Source of the DNA: an uncultured virus (IMG/VR IMGVR_UViG_3300023174_009220)
Lineage: Duplodnaviria; Heunggongvirae; Uroviricota; Caudoviricetes
Virus record (IMG/VR): IMGVR_UViG_3300023174_009220
Strand: one strand, 5' to 3'
DNA: 64,000 nt
The position numbers and the translations under genes were made by a program. Below the pieces are notes generated by a model. That model was not told where the DNA came from. It made no database searches and worked only from the letters and a program-made list of their open reading frames with translations. Position 1 is the first letter of the stretch. Each line of letters opens with the position of its first letter. Of the stretch, positions 49,149 through 57,840 are shown one piece after another.

Positions 49149-50273
49149 TTACTTACTACCGGGTTTGTTGATTTTTTTGATAGTTCTAAGTAGGTCTTCA
49201 AATTGAAGTAAGAACCTTTTCAACTTTGGATTTGTAACATCACTCACATTATCAAGAATGAAAAGTAAGTAAGCTGTTTTCTCATCATCACCAACTCCTT
49301 TAAGAAAGCCAACACAATTTTGTAGCTGATTATCTGTTAACTTTGTGATATCAATTTCTTTAAGTGATTGAATTAACTCTGAATTTTTATCACGGTTATA
49401 TTTCTCTAAATCTTTCTTAACTCGATCAAAGTCGTTAAGAACATCCTGGATTGAAATATTTAACATATCCTCGCAATATTGGATAAACTTCATAGCCGAA
49501 TTTCCAACATATCCATTTGCGACTTCTTTAAGAAGCGGAAGGAAGTCTTTGGGTGAGGCATCCTGTCCCCAGTTTTCTGTAATGAACTTTGATAACATAG
49601 TCCAAGAACGCGGTGTAGCATAGGCGTCGGTATTATCAGAGGCCTTGTACATTTGCTCGGGGTGTGCTTTAATAAAACCAGTGATAAGTTTATGACAGGC
49701 CTCTTCAGCAAAATCACCCATCCATTCATCGACCGAAAGTGTGTGTTTAATGTGAATTAATCGGTTTTTTAGAGCCGAGTCGAACTCTTCGACATCTGTT
49801 CCATCTTCATCGCCTAAGTTACCAGAAGCCATCATAAGCACATTTTCGTTGAATTTGAACTCGCCGATTTCTCGCTCAAGCAGGATTTGTAGAGCCGCGT
49901 TTCTTACAAATTGTGGTGCCCGGTTTAACTCTTCGAAGTGAATAATAGTTGGTTTATTATTGGCATCAAAAGCCCACTTTGGAACCGCGTATCCAGAAAC
50001 TTTGATTGTGGAACCCCCGTAGGTTTGGTCTTCAAGATAGGGAAATTTGAAATCAGATTCATCAGACATAGCCAATCGCATATCTATATAATTGAATCCC
50101 ATTTTCTCAGCAATATCTCGACCAATTGCTGATTTAGCAACACCCGGTTTAGAGGTGATAAAAAGTACACCATACTTTGCCCACATAATAGCAAAATATT
50201 TCTTTTGTTTAGCAGTTAACAAATCTAACTTAGCTAACATTTCAGAGGACATGTTTTTTGGTTTCATTGACAT
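49149..50273 (-). CDS. MoxR/dynein-like AAA ATPase
   Basis: SKPGVAKS, IHFEELNRA, ASGN, ALKNRL, ATPRSW; TATCTTTG at 50292-50299 (-). Confidence 0.8.
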   Translation of the reverse strand: MSMKPKNMSSEMLAKLDLLTAKQKKYFAIMWAKYGVLFITSKPGVAKSAIGRDIAEKMGFNYIDMRLAMSDESDFKFPYLEDQTYGGSTIKVSGYAVPKWAFDANNKPTIIHFEELNRAPQFVRNAALQILLEREIGEFKFNENVLMMASGNLGDEDGTDVEEFDSALKNRLIHIKHTLSVDEWMGDFAEEACHKLITGFIKAHPEQMYKASDNTDAYATPRSWTMLSKFITENWGQDASPKDFLPLLKEVANGYVGNSAMKFIQYCEDMLNISIQDVLNDFDRVKKDLEKYNRDKNSELIQSLKEIDITKLTDNQLQNCVGFLKGVGDDEKTAYLLFILDNVSDVTNPKLKRFLLQFEDLLRTIKKINKPGSK

Positions 50274-50322
50274 ATTATATTTTATTTAAGACAAAGATAA
50301 GAATAAAAATTTGTTAAACAAA

Positions 50323-50529
50323 TTATTTTTGAGGATTTATCAAATTTTTTCTGACTTCTTTTCCTAAAACACCATCGTTGGGCAGGTTAATAACTATTGT
50401 ATCTTTTGGGAAAGATTTTCGAATTTGTCGACCAAACTCATAGTCGTTAGGAAATGATTTAGAAATTTGCTTTAACAATTCGATATTATCAGAAGAAAAA
50501 AGGGTTTTATCCATGTGGCTATTTTGCAT
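50323..50529 (-). CDS. small protein with duplicated PNDxxxGxxxR motif
   Basis: FPNDYEFGRQIRK and LPNDGVLGKEVRK; TATATTTG at 50549-50556 (-). Confidence 0.55.
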   Translation of the reverse strand: MQNSHMDKTLFSSDNIELLKQISKSFPNDYEFGRQIRKSFPKDTIVINLPNDGVLGKEVRKNLINPQK

Positions 50530-50586
50530 AACAAGTATAATTTTTTTACAAATATAAAAATCAAAGTCCAATAATCAAAGTTTTTT

Positions 50587-51324
50587 TCACCAGTAATTTC
50601 TATCACTGTGAAAAAAAGATTTATTTTTATGGTTAATCAAACCAGTTAAAAATAATTTAGCCATATAGAAAATACCCTTATTTTCAAATCTTCTTGGCGG
50701 CGTAAACACCACTTTATTTATTCTTTTAAACTTAGATGTTTTAATTTGTTTTGAAAAATGGTAATCTTCGGCGACTTTAACCCGTTCGTCAAAACCACCT
50801 AACTTTTCAAAAGTCTCTGTTTTAACCATCATAAATCCGCCTAAACAAAACGGAGTAGTCCACTTAGACAATGTTTGTATCAAGTCAAATATCCTCCAAA
50901 CCCAGTTAAATTTGAAATCGCTACTTCTAAATCTCACCGTGACCAGGTCTAAATTTTTTGAGTGTATCTCTGTGATTGCCACTTTGATAACCTCGGGATC
51001 TAAAATAAAAACATCAGCGTCACAAAAAAGTAAATATGGGGTTTTTATTAATTGATTATTTTTAGAACTAATAAGATGAAATCCGAGATTTCTGGCAGTA
51101 GACGGTAAACCACCGTGTGATAAATTTAAATTAAATCTATCGTGGTCATAACCTAATCTATCACATAAATCACCGTGAGTTATGCCGTCATCTGACGAGT
51201 CGCAAACAATTACCTGTACTCGATTAATTTCAGTTTGATAGTTTAAGAGATCAAGAGTTTTTTGAATAATCTCTTTTTCATTTTTACAAGGTATAATAAT
51301 TGTCAGTAACTTATTTAGCTCCAT
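50587..51324 (-). CDS. GT2-family glycosyltransferase
   Basis: IIIPCKNE, ARNLG, LFCDAD, LGGFDE, AEDY. Confidence 0.9.
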   Translation of the reverse strand: MELNKLLTIIIPCKNEKEIIQKTLDLLNYQTEINRVQVIVCDSSDDGITHGDLCDRLGYDHDRFNLNLSHGGLPSTARNLGFHLISSKNNQLIKTPYLLFCDADVFILDPEVIKVAITEIHSKNLDLVTVRFRSSDFKFNWVWRIFDLIQTLSKWTTPFCLGGFMMVKTETFEKLGGFDERVKVAEDYHFSKQIKTSKFKRINKVVFTPPRRFENKGIFYMAKLFLTGLINHKNKSFFHSDRNYW

Positions 51325-51416
51325 ACACTTATTTTTATTTAGTTTTTATGATTTAGTTTATGATATTTAAATCTTACTAAGAACAATGTAATATATATTA
51401 TAAATATAATACTATT

Positions 51417-51665
51417 ATGAAAACCTTAATTTTTTCAATTTTTATAGTGCTTCTTCTAACTTGCTGTGGTGCTAAAAAGAAAGCAAACTGTGATGCTTAT
51501 TCACAAAACGGCTTAAATCATATCGTGGTCGATACTTTAACCAAACAGGCAGAGTTTTGGACAGATGAACAAAAAAAGGAATTTTCTGAAGTCTTCTTTA
51601 TCGAAAGAGGTAAATTTAAGGTTCCAGAAAAACCAATTCAACTCAAAAATTTTGATAGCAACTAG
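51417..51665 (+). CDS. putative lipoprotein
   Basis: Lipobox-like LLTCC; NCDAY. Confidence 0.6.
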   Translation: MKTLIFSIFIVLLLTCCGAKKKANCDAYSQNGLNHIVVDTLTKQAEFWTDEQKKEFSEVFFIERGKFKVPEKPIQLKNFDSN

Positions 51666-52093
51666 TGTATAAGAGAATATATTTTTTATTTTTTTATTTA
51701 ATTTTTGCTCAATTTTCTTTTTCTCAAAAGTTAATAATTGAGATTTTCGAAAGACAGGAATTGACCAGTTTTAGAAATACAACTATTGATTCTGTTATTA
51801 TAAATCCTGATTTTGTAGATGAACTCGAAGTCACAAAAACAACTTATGTCATTGATTTTAATGAAAAGACATCTTCTTACTTTGTCGGCGAAGAGTTTCT
51901 AAGTGTTTTACCAATTGAAGTGGTTAAAACAACTGGTAGTTATACTGTAATAAAAATATTAGAAGAAGGATTTGATTATGGTCTAATTATAGACCTTACT
52001 TATGAAAACGAAAGTGTTTTATGGTATTGGAATGCTATTAACATGACGAGTGTTAAAAAAATAACAAAGTTCAATATTGTTAAATCTTCTTAA
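51665..52093 (+). CDS. secreted hypothetical protein, paralog of 1316..1732
   Basis: Signal peptide ending FSQ, KLIIEI, YGLIIDL. Confidence 0.65.
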   Translation: MYKRIYFLFFYLIFAQFSFSQKLIIEIFERQELTSFRNTTIDSVIINPDFVDELEVTKTTYVIDFNEKTSSYFVGEEFLSVLPIEVVKTTGSYTVIKILEEGFDYGLIIDLTYENESVLWYWNAINMTSVKKITKFNIVKSS

Positions 52094-52100
52094 TCGAGAA

Positions 52101-52736
52101 TCAATAAACAAAATCAACAAAAAAATAAAAAATTCCATTGTCATAAAGAACACAAGTTGCCGCAATTGTGTTTGATTTATATCCTTTATCTAAAAAGTAA
52201 GTGTTATGTAATAAAGATCTTTGTGTACATCGGTGCATATATGATTTTTCCCAACACATAATCATGTGATCTGCCAATTGTTCATATGTATCCATTTTAT
52301 ATGTCGTATACCCACAATTTTCAGTTAGAGTTAATTTAAATCCTTTGTTATTTGTTGGGTAAACTTCATCTAAAAATAAAAATTGATTATTTTTATCAAT
52401 CCACCAGAGACTTCTATCAACATGAAATAGTTTTTTTTGTTTTACATTTTCAAGGGCATTTGGTAAAACAACAGTATCATACAAAAGTTCTGACCAACTT
52501 AGTTTCAACAACCAGTGATTACTTTTCAAAATAGGCCAAACCTCTTCGATGTCTTTACCGTAACCTGTTTTAGTTATAGTATCTCTAAAATCATTTAACT
52601 TATCAAATAATACTTTTGAGGCGTGTTTAGAATCAAAATTGTTGTAGTCGATTTTTTGAGAATAAACAATCTGGTTAATTAATATAAGTATCAGTAAGAT
52701 ATTTTTCACACTAATCTTAATTATATAAAATATCAA
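52101..52736 (-). CDS. secreted CAP/SCP-like protein
   Basis: LFDKLNDFR, LSWSE.L, LFH, TENC, WEKSYMH. Confidence 0.55.
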   Translation of the reverse strand: MIFYIIKISVKNILLILILINQIVYSQKIDYNNFDSKHASKVLFDKLNDFRDTITKTGYGKDIEEVWPILKSNHWLLKLSWSELLYDTVVLPNALENVKQKKLFHVDRSLWWIDKNNQFLFLDEVYPTNNKGFKLTLTENCGYTTYKMDTYEQLADHMIMCWEKSYMHRCTQRSLLHNTYFLDKGYKSNTIAATCVLYDNGIFYFFVDFVY

Positions 52737-53478
52737 TCACTTCTCTATCAATAGGTGCATATTCTGTTGTTGTAGACCAACCTTGATAAAAAATACTTTC
52801 AGGATATTTGTAAGAATCATTAATAAGACCTAGTGACTGTGTTAATTCTTCTCTTAGAAGATGTTTTTGTGCCATTTCATTTGTTGCTCTGTAAATATCA
52901 ACACACATTATTCCATAATTATTCGGATACAACTCAAAATACCCCCAATTTGATTCCAATAAAGATGGGTAAACAACTTTGTAATTTTCTTGGAAATCCT
53001 GATACCCGCCAAGAAAAATAAAGAAATTTGCTTCATCTTTATTTGACACTATCTCAATGTCAATAGGATCTATAATACTATTTAGTTCTGAAACAATTTT
53101 GTTTAATTCAGAACATAAAGATTTAGTTTTGGACCCATCAACATAAATCTTCATATTTGTAGTCCATTTTGTTGGTTTGGATTTTTTACCAGTGTATTCA
53201 GAATTTAAAGCAATTTCGTTAAAATACTCTATTGCTTCTTTTGAATGAAAAACTTTTTTTTGTTTTGGCTTTTCAACATATTCAGTTGTGCTGTTTTCAA
53301 CGGTAGTGTTTTCATCACTACTATAATTTGAATTGTTTTTTGGTTTGTTAACTAACAGATGAGCTAATTCTTTGTCAGGATCAAATTCTATGTCATCTTT
53401 TCTCGTGATGATGCAAACGAAAACGAAATTGACGATGGCAATTATTAAAATAAAGATTTTTAAAAATTTGTTTTTCAT
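52717..53478 (-). CDS. DUF2927-like membrane-anchored protein
   Basis: N-terminal TM; HLLREELTQSLGLINDS..YPESIFYQ. Confidence 0.7.
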   Translation of the reverse strand: MKNKFLKIFILIIAIVNFVFVCIITRKDDIEFDPDKELAHLLVNKPKNNSNYSSDENTTVENSTTEYVEKPKQKKVFHSKEAIEYFNEIALNSEYTGKKSKPTKWTTNMKIYVDGSKTKSLCSELNKIVSELNSIIDPIDIEIVSNKDEANFFIFLGGYQDFQENYKVVYPSLLESNWGYFELYPNNYGIMCVDIYRATNEMAQKHLLREELTQSLGLINDSYKYPESIFYQGWSTTTEYAPIDREVIDILYN

Positions 53479-53566
53479 GTTATTTTTTTAAAGTTTTTCT
53501 AATTCGTGTTTAACTTCTTCTCAAGGTTTCGTGTATATAAATTATGTTGTTCTTCATAATTTAACT

Positions 53567-53614
53567 TGGTGGTCCCGCACGGGCTCGAACCGTGGACCTA
53601 CTGATTATGAGTCA
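53567..53614 (-). pseudogene. 3' part of tRNA(CAT) including CCA
   Basis: Identical to 54088-54135; part of the 81-bp direct repeat 53534-53614 / 54055-54135. Confidence 0.85.
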
Positions 53615-53630
53615 TTTTCGTTTATGAAGT

Positions 53631-54032
53631 TCATATTGTTATTTTTTTAACATTTTCTATTTCCATTTCTGGATTGTGGTATTCTCTGTGACAATTTGAA
53701 CAAAGTAAGTCACATTTACTAACTTCTTCTAAGATATATTCCATTGATCTATTTGATAATGTTCTCATATCTAATTGAGAATCTTTCCCATTAGGGTCTC
53801 TGTGGTGAAACTCTAAAGCTGATAGATTCCTATCGTATTTACAAACCTTACAACATCCACCTAATAGTTCTATAAGATGTAATTTTCTCTTATAAGATCT
53901 TATCGTTTGTGAGTGATAAGTATTTGTTTGTTCTTTAACTCTGTCATAGTGATGTTTTTGTTTACAGTTATTTGAACAATACATCTTTTTCTGACCGGAT
54001 AATTCATTATTACAAACTACACAATTTTTCAT
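53631..54032 (-). CDS. HNH endonuclease with Zn fingers
   Basis: CVVC..YCSNNC; CKVC; LEFHHRDP; KCDLLCSNCHREYH. Confidence 0.9.
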   Translation of the reverse strand: MKNCVVCNNELSGQKKMYCSNNCKQKHHYDRVKEQTNTYHSQTIRSYKRKLHLIELLGGCCKVCKYDRNLSALEFHHRDPNGKDSQLDMRTLSNRSMEYILEEVSKCDLLCSNCHREYHNPEMEIENVKKITI

Positions 54033-54087
54033 AATAGTATTTAATTTTATACTATATATAAATTATGTTGTTCTTCATAATTTAACT

Positions 54088-54165
54088 TGGTGGTCCCGCA
54101 CGGGCTCGAACCGTGGACCTACTGATTATGAGTCAGTTGCTACTAACCAACTGAGCTACAGGACC
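54088..54165 (-). tRNA. tRNA with CAT anticodon (probably Ile2, possibly Met), CCA encoded
   Basis: GGTCCTG-TAGCTCAGTTGGTTAGTAGCA-ACTGA-CTCATAA-TCAGT-AGGTC-CACGGTTCGAGCCCGTG-CGGGACC-ACCA. Confidence 0.9.
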
Positions 54166-54352
54166 AAATTTGGGAGTCGTTAGTGTTACCCTACTCCCAC
54201 TCGTTACGTTGTCTAAGACAAGAGGCTTGACGAGGCCCATGGGCTACTTTTTACTTCGTGCGAAGTGAGTCGTGCTTGCGACCCCAGTAGCTAATTTCTG
54301 CTTTAGAATCATATCCTGCCTATATTTCATTATGTTATTCTCCATCGACTTT
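54166..54352 (-). ncRNA. candidate structured RNA element
   Basis: GCTACT/AGTAGC enclosing GGGTCG/CGACTC and ACTTC/GAAGT hairpins; CTCGT/ACGAG enclosing TTGTC/GACAA; TGGGAGT/ACTCCCA. Confidence 0.45.
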
Positions 54353-54418
54353 AGTTGCTCTAACCAACTGAGCTACAGGACCAAATTTGGTTGCTCTAAC
54401 CAACTGAGCTATAGGACC
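54353..54418 (-). pseudogene. two tandem 5' fragments of the same tRNA
   Basis: GGTCCTGTAGCTCAGTTGGTTAGAGCAACT (54353-54382) and GGTCCTATAGCTCAGTTGGTTAGAGCAAC (54390-54418). Confidence 0.85.
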
Positions 54419-54425
54419 AATATTT

Positions 54426-54509
54426 CTAAGCTAAAAAAAGAGCCACTAATAGTATCAATGGTCCACAAGTAAGAATTAAAGCGATTGGTAAAAGATTTAT
54501 ATTTTTCAT
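54426..54509 (-). CDS. 27-aa single-TM peptide (not in ORF track)
   Basis: MKNINLLPIALILTCGPLILLVALFLA*; TATCTTTG at 54514-54521 (-). Confidence 0.5.
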   Translation of the reverse strand: MKNINLLPIALILTCGPLILLVALFLA

Positions 54510-54562
54510 ACAACAAAGATAGTTATTTTTTTTAATTAAAAAAATAAAATCATATTTTTTTA

Positions 54563-55483
54563 CTATTGGTAAAGAAAAAATCCTAAATCTTCTAATCCTC
54601 TACTCTCACCATACATAAGTGTAATTCCTTTATCTCTTATCCAATTTTCATCTGGCTCGATAAGTTCATTTTTATAGAAAAGATGACTAAAAACTAAATC
54701 ACAAGCACTATTTCTAAACTCCTCAATTCCTGGATCAGAAACAAAAGTTAAATTTTTCATATCAAACTCTTCGTCTTGGGTATCAATGTAGAATGTCCAA
54801 TTGGTTATATCATCAAAATAGATAGTTACTTGTTCTTCTTTTGGTTGAGATTCTTCGAATTCGCTTAATTCAGAATATTCCAATCGACATGAAAGAAATG
54901 TAGCACCTACTTCATTTTTATTCCAGCTATAATACTCATCTTCAGCATCAAAACCAAATTCTGAATTTAGGGATTTAAATTCATTTATTCTTTGAACATC
55001 ACCATATTCTTCTGTTCCTTCTTCTACATCCTCAGCCCAAAATGTTTCACCATTACAGAAATCTTCAAGAGAAACTTCTTCTACCAAAGTTTTATCATCT
55101 ACTAAAATAGAAATTTGAGCATCATTTTCAAATAGTGATATTCCATAGTAAGATCCATATTTTCTTAAATCAGGATTATCAAAAAGCCAATCTATCATTT
55201 CAAAATGACTACCCCCATTTTCAATAAAATTATTTACTAACTCATTTAAATTTTTGAGTTTTTCTAAATCTTCCCTACTAATTGCGTTAAAAAGTGCTTC
55301 TTTTGGATCATCCCAACCATCTAAGGTAAGCGAGAAAATTAAATTTAGAAAATCATTTGCCGTTTCTACATCTTCGCCACAATATTGAAGAGCTTCTTTT
55401 ACTTCATCTCTATATTCTTCTTTTAATACTCCAAAAAAATACTTTGGAATTCTACCCGATACGTTAATTTCTACTTGTGCCAT
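54563..55483 (-). CDS. highly acidic hypothetical protein
   Basis: 306 aa, Asp/Glu-rich. Confidence 0.7.
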   Translation of the reverse strand: MAQVEINVSGRIPKYFFGVLKEEYRDEVKEALQYCGEDVETANDFLNLIFSLTLDGWDDPKEALFNAISREDLEKLKNLNELVNNFIENGGSHFEMIDWLFDNPDLRKYGSYYGISLFENDAQISILVDDKTLVEEVSLEDFCNGETFWAEDVEEGTEEYGDVQRINEFKSLNSEFGFDAEDEYYSWNKNEVGATFLSCRLEYSELSEFEESQPKEEQVTIYFDDITNWTFYIDTQDEEFDMKNLTFVSDPGIEEFRNSACDLVFSHLFYKNELIEPDENWIRDKGITLMYGESRGLEDLGFFLYQ

Positions 55484-55555
55484 AATTTAAAGTTTAATAT
55501 CGATTTTATAAAAAATAAAAGAAAAGTTTAAATTTAGAACCACATTTTAATGGAT

Positions 55556-55588
55556 AAAAAAAAGAGACTCTTGGTGAGTCTCTTTTTT
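55556..55588. terminator. intrinsic terminator downstream of tRNA-Arg
   Basis: A-run-GAGACTC-TTGGT-GAGTCTC-T-run. Confidence 0.85.
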
Positions 55589-55589
55589 G

Positions 55590-55872
55590 TGATCCCGTTT
55601 GGATTCGAACCAAAGACCTACTGCTTAGACATACCACTATAGCTTTCGCTACCATTTCTGTTTGTGGTCTGGACTATATCATCACCTTCAACATCACTTG
55701 TTAAGGTGCCTCCCCCTTAGTCTCTACACATTTCCTCATTTCTGAGGGTTAGCTCGGTATTACCATCACCCGAAGTGTTAAGGTTTCACCGAATTCGAGA
55801 AGTTCTATTTAATCATTTCTGACTAAACGCCCCCTTTGAGGCAGTTGCTCTATCCAGCTGAGCTACGGGACC
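55590..55872 (-). tRNA. tRNA-Arg(TCT), intron-containing; exons 55872-55839 and 55629-55590
   Basis: Spliced: GGTCCCGTAGCTCAGCTGGATAGAGCAACTGCCT|TCTAAGCAGTAGGTCTTTGGTTCGAATCCAAACGGGATCA; CCA not encoded. Confidence 0.9.
55630..55838 (-). ncRNA. group I intron, 209 nt, no ORF
   Basis: 5' exon ends U; P1 GCCU/GGGGC with U-G pair; P GAATTCGGTGAAA, Q AATACCGAGC, R GTAGAGACTA, S GATATAGTCC; terminal G. Confidence 0.9.
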
Positions 55873-56004
55873 CAATATTTTAAGATTTTTCAAAGAGTTT
55901 ACAACTCCCAGATACATCTTTTTTTTCGCCACTTTTTCATCCACCGATGTAGATAAATTGATAAGGCTATCTTTTTTATAAAATACATCTATTCTATCTA
56001 TTAA

Positions 56005-56190
56005 CTAATTAAAGTTGGAAAATTCCTCCTCTTTTTCAATAAATATCCACATTAGTATATAAATCCAGAAACCAGATGGAACTAAGAAAAAAAGTAATCG
56101 AAAAAACCAAGGATTAATTCCAAAATAATTTGATAAACCACCACAAACTCCACCGATTATTTTATTTTTAGTTGACCGTTTAATTTTCAT
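56005..56190 (-). CDS. pspC: PspC domain protein; start 56190
   Basis: KRSTKNKIIGGVCGGLSNYFGI..RLLF..YILMWIFI; TATATTTG at 56195-56202 (-). Confidence 0.85.
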   Translation of the reverse strand: MKIKRSTKNKIIGGVCGGLSNYFGINPWFFRLLFFLVPSGFWIYILMWIFIEKEEEFSNFN

Positions 56191-56245
56191 ACTACAAATA
56201 TAAAAAAAAGATTTTAATTTTAATATATAAAACAAAAAAGATTTT

Positions 56246-56764
56246 ATGAAACATATAAAAAATTTCAACAGCTACAAACCAGTCAATGAAGGTTTGGGAT
56301 TGGCTCTTTTAGCCGGAGCTGGTTTGGCAATGTTTGCTCCGGCATTATATACTTCAGCAAAAAATTTCTGGTCTAAAAACGTAGTAGGTTCGAAATATTC
56401 AGAAACTGGAAATAAAAAACAAGTAGTTTGTAAATTTAATAGAGATAACATTAGTCCAGCAGTAAGTTCACTTACCGAGAGTGAAAGACAATCAGGTCAA
56501 ACAACTATTGAATTAAAAGAATACAAAGATATGTTTGGAAATATCTACTATGGATACGATCACGTTATCGGCGACGAAATGGGCGCAGGCGCTTTATATA
56601 CAGCTATGTATAAAGCAGAAGATTGGGCAACTCTTGAATCTTGGTTAGCGGACGGTAAAAGATATGAAGGAAAAGGTTCTAAATTAGAAGTAAATCCAGT
56701 GGATTTGATATATGTAGATGATGTCAAAAATGTTAATAGTTCTGGAACTCCAATTTCACAGTAA
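56246..56764 (+). CDS. leader-tagged protein with hydrophobic segment
   Basis: MKHIKNFNSYKPVNE-GLGLALLAGAGLAM; TTAATATATA upstream. Confidence 0.7.
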   Translation: MKHIKNFNSYKPVNEGLGLALLAGAGLAMFAPALYTSAKNFWSKNVVGSKYSETGNKKQVVCKFNRDNISPAVSSLTESERQSGQTTIELKEYKDMFGNIYYGYDHVIGDEMGAGALYTAMYKAEDWATLESWLADGKRYEGKGSKLEVNPVDLIYVDDVKNVNSSGTPISQ

Positions 56765-56781
56765 AATTAAACAATAAAAAC

Positions 56782-56812
56782 AAAAAGAGAGACTTGGAGT
56801 CTCTCTTTTTTT
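56782..56812. terminator. bidirectional intrinsic terminator
   Basis: A5-GAGAGACT-TGG-AGTCTCTC-T7. Confidence 0.85.
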
Positions 56813-57035
56813 ATTTGATATGGCTAGGATTTTTGCAATTGCCTTTATGTGATCCCCATCTGTGGCTTCCTTGACCAGCTATGATATACTCACAGTTATC
56901 ATAAATCACAATATCGACATAATCGTCAGATAATACAGGGGGTTCTGTTGAAATTTCTTTTTTACTTGATTCACAAGCTGAGAAACCTATAATTAAAAAT
57001 AAACAAAAAAAAGTGAAGTAAGCAAAAATTTTCAT
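56811..57035 (-). CDS. putative lipoprotein
   Basis: FSAC lipobox; YDNCEYI...HKGNCKNP. Confidence 0.65.
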   Translation of the reverse strand: MKIFAYFTFFCLFLIIGFSACESSKKEISTEPPVLSDDYVDIVIYDNCEYIIAGQGSHRWGSHKGNCKNPSHIK

Positions 57036-57072
57036 AGGTATTATATTGGAAAGTTATCAAAATGTTTATTAT

Positions 57073-57690
57073 TTATCCCCTGATAACTTCAACATTTTTC
57101 AAAGAAACAACAGGTCGAACTGATTCAAACACCTCTGCAACATCACCATACTGGTTCAATTTGTCGATGGTGCCTTTGGCGACAGCATATTTTGTAGTGG
57201 CTTTGATGATTTTCTCACGGTCAGCGTCTGCGATATCCGGACAATTCTCGATAAGCATTGAGAGAACTTCGCCATATTTTTCGATCATTTGTGAATCAAA
57301 GCTAAAAGTGGTTTCTTCTTCAACGATTTCTTCACCAAAAGTCTCACGGAGTTCTTCAGCGCGCTCTTCAGATACAGAAATATATTTATCACTTGGGACA
57401 TACATAAAACTTGCGGTATCTTCTAAAACAGTCTGCACAATCATAACAGACTCTGGATTCTTTTTAGTCCTTTCAAATTCAGCAATCCACTCAGCTTTTG
57501 CGAGATCTCTCAATTCATCTGATATCATATCTGCTTGAGCCTTAGCTGACTTGAGTGTATCATTAAGTTGCTCTAATTTTTCAACTTTAGAGAAGAAGTT
57601 AGGATCAGCTACTTGAAGTCTAACCTTTTTATCTTTTGCACTTTTAGGTTTTTCAACTTGATTTTTTTTAGCTTTGGCAAATAAACTCAT
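57073..57690 (-). CDS. hypothetical early protein
   Basis: 205 aa; TATATTTG at 57728-57735 (-). Confidence 0.75.
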   Translation of the reverse strand: MSLFAKAKKNQVEKPKSAKDKKVRLQVADPNFFSKVEKLEQLNDTLKSAKAQADMISDELRDLAKAEWIAEFERTKKNPESVMIVQTVLEDTASFMYVPSDKYISVSEERAEELRETFGEEIVEEETTFSFDSQMIEKYGEVLSMLIENCPDIADADREKIIKATTKYAVAKGTIDKLNQYGDVAEVFESVRPVVSLKNVEVIRG

Positions 57691-57840
57691 AATTTTCTTA
57701 TTTTTTGTAGTGATTAATTTTCTAATACAAATATAAGAAGTTTTTAGACTTTGACCAAACTTTTTTGATAAATTTTTTTTATATCACAAAAAAAAAAATG
57801 AATAAAATTAGTCCAGAAATAAAAATAATTGAACTGCTAT

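Noticed and set aside
53615..54352. HNH-containing group I intron in tRNA(CAT)
   Set aside because: No terminal G at the junction, no P/Q/R/S core, and it contains a full tRNA
54353..54418. CRISPR-like repeat pair
   Set aside because: The repeats are tRNA 5' halves only 7 nt apart
54272..54472. ORF-track 66-aa plus ORF with CSNQLSYRT repeat
   Set aside because: Antisense reading of the tRNA fragments
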